38,299 bases of DNA, from positions 1-38,299 of the forward strand of contig PWFM01000039.1 in the NCBI GenBank assembly GCA_003553895.1, in the 5' to 3' direction. The stretch comes from Syntrophomonadaceae bacterium (GTDB lineage: Bacteria; Bacillota; Dethiobacteria; DTU022). This document shows, in pieces, positions 36,984 through 38,299 of the stretch. The notes under the pieces are model-generated. The model made no database searches, was not told where the DNA came from, and saw only the letters and a program-made list of their open reading frames with translations. The translations under genes and the position numbers were made by a program. Each line of letters opens with the position of its first letter. Positions within the stretch are counted from its first letter, which is position 1.

Positions 36984-38299
36984 ATGAAGTTCAGGGCATC
37001 TGAAATAATTGAAGCCTGCCGGGGCCGGCTGCTCCGGGGCAGCCCCGGACAACCTGTGTATGGCGCGGCCATCGATTCCAGGGAAGTTAAAAAGGGCGAC
37101 CTGTTTATTCCCTTTGCCGGAGAGCGGACTGATGGGCACATGTTTATAAAACAGGCCGCCGAAAAAGGCGCAGCCGGCGCTTTCCACCTCCTCGACCGGA
37201 AGCCCGATCCCACCCTGCCGGAAGATTTTCTGCTGATCGGGGTGGAAGACACTTTGGATGCCCTGCAGCAGCTGGCTGCAGTTTACCGCAAACGTTTTTC
37301 ATTGACTGTGGTTGGCATTACCGGCAGCAGCGGTAAGACCACTACCAAAGATTTTATAGCCGGAGTCCTCTCCGCCAAATACAATACCCTGAAAACAACA
37401 GGCAACCTGAACAATGAAATTGGTTTGCCTTTAACCATATTGCAGCTGGAAGAAAGCCACCAGGTGGCGGTCCTGGAAATGGGCATGAGCGCCGGTGGCG
37501 AAATCAGGACCTTATGTGAAATTGGCGATCCTTCAATTGGCGTTTTGACCAACATAGGGGAGGCCCATATTGAACTGCTTGGCTCCATTGAAGCCATAGC
37601 GGCAGCGAAAGGAGAATTGCTAGATTACCTCGGCTCAGGCGGGGTAGCCGTTTTAAACGGCGATGATCCCCGCCTCCTAAGTTTGGGAAAACGCTTCCCG
37701 GGAAAAGCACATTACTATGGCTTTAACCAGGGCGATATAAAAGGCTTGCAGTTGTCTCAAAGGGGAGAGAAAAGCTTTTTCCGGGCGCGTTTTCCCAATA
37801 ATAAAGAGGAGTGGTTTGAATCACCACTACCTGGACGGGAGTCGGTCAGTAATGCCCTGGCGGCTCTTACCGTCGGATATATCCTTGAACTGAGCCTGCC
37901 GGAAATGCAAAAAGGGCTTAAAGCAGCCCGGTTAACGGCGGGCCGGTTCCAGGTTCTGCGCAACCGGCACGGAACCGGGATTATTGATGACTCATATAAT
38001 GCCAATCCCAGTTCGGTCAGGGCAGCTTTACGGCTGCTCTCTGAACTTGGAGGAGAGAAAACCTTGGCCGTGCTTGGTGATATGCTTGAACTGGGCCCCG
38101 GCGCCGGGGAAGCCCACTTTTCCTGCGGCCGGTATGCCGCCGAATGCGGTGTTGACTGTCTTGTTACCGTTGGCGAACTGGCCCGCGGATTTGCCGAAGG
38201 GGCCCGCAGCGCCGGTTTAGAGGCCCGGACCTGTGAAGATCACGATCAGGCCCTGGCGGTCCTGGCCGGGATGGATCTCGATGAAAACTGGTTTGTCCT
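36984..38299 (+). CDS. murF: UDP-MurNAc-tripeptide--D-Ala-D-Ala ligase (3'-partial, not in the ORF track)
   Basis: AAGGAG RBS before ATG 36984. Reads MKFRASEII...IDSR...GERTDGH...GITGSSGKTTTKD...NNEIGLP...EMGMS...DDSYNANP...LGDMLELG and runs off the window end. Confidence 0.93.
   Translation, partial: MKFRASEIIEACRGRLLRGSPGQPVYGAAIDSREVKKGDLFIPFAGERTDGHMFIKQAAEKGAAGAFHLLDRKPDPTLPEDFLLIGVEDTLDALQQLAAVYRKRFSLTVVGITGSSGKTTTKDFIAGVLSAKYNTLKTTGNLNNEIGLPLTILQLEESHQVAVLEMGMSAGGEIRTLCEIGDPSIGVLTNIGEAHIELLGSIEAIAAAKGELLDYLGSGGVAVLNGDDPRLLSLGKRFPGKAHYYGFNQGDIKGLQLSQRGEKSFFRARFPNNKEEWFESPLPGRESVSNALAALTVGYILELSLPEMQKGLKAARLTAGRFQVLRNRHGTGIIDDSYNANPSSVRAALRLLSELGGEKTLAVLGDMLELGPGAGEAHFSCGRYAAECGVDCLVTVGELARGFAEGARSAGLEARTCEDHDQALAVLAGMDLDENWFV

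Overview
Core-genome window of an anaerobic, clostridia-like Firmicute (taxonomic placement is my inference from gene content and SigA/SigH-type promoters). Order: 3' part of a 5-formyl-THF cyclo-ligase, TetR regulator, metallophosphoesterase; a redox operon (NuoE/HydC-like, an unannotated 59-aa 8-Cys protein, NuoF/HydB-like, FdhF-like) followed by GH1 beta-glucosidase, fdhD and a D-2-hydroxyacid dehydrogenase; a P-loop/Asp23-like gene; aroA; hisD-hisB-hisA-hisI-PHP phosphatase-ogt-aroC-aroB; secD-secF-lapA-like-recJ-relA-dtd; a single 1034-aa HisRS-AspRS fusion ORF; 6S RNA; mgtE; and the start of the dcw cluster (mraZ-rsmH-ftsL-class B PBP-murF). No mobile element or CRISPR array was found. 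The most notable observations are (1) the fused hisS-aspS gene, which retains a possible internal start, and (2) a bifurcating-type HydBC module paired with an FdhF-like subunit that lacks the catalytic Arg, the MGxTQ motif and most of the C-terminal molybdopterin-dinucleotide domain, plus a separate Cys-rich microprotein. All assignments come from motif recognition by eye; no searches were run.
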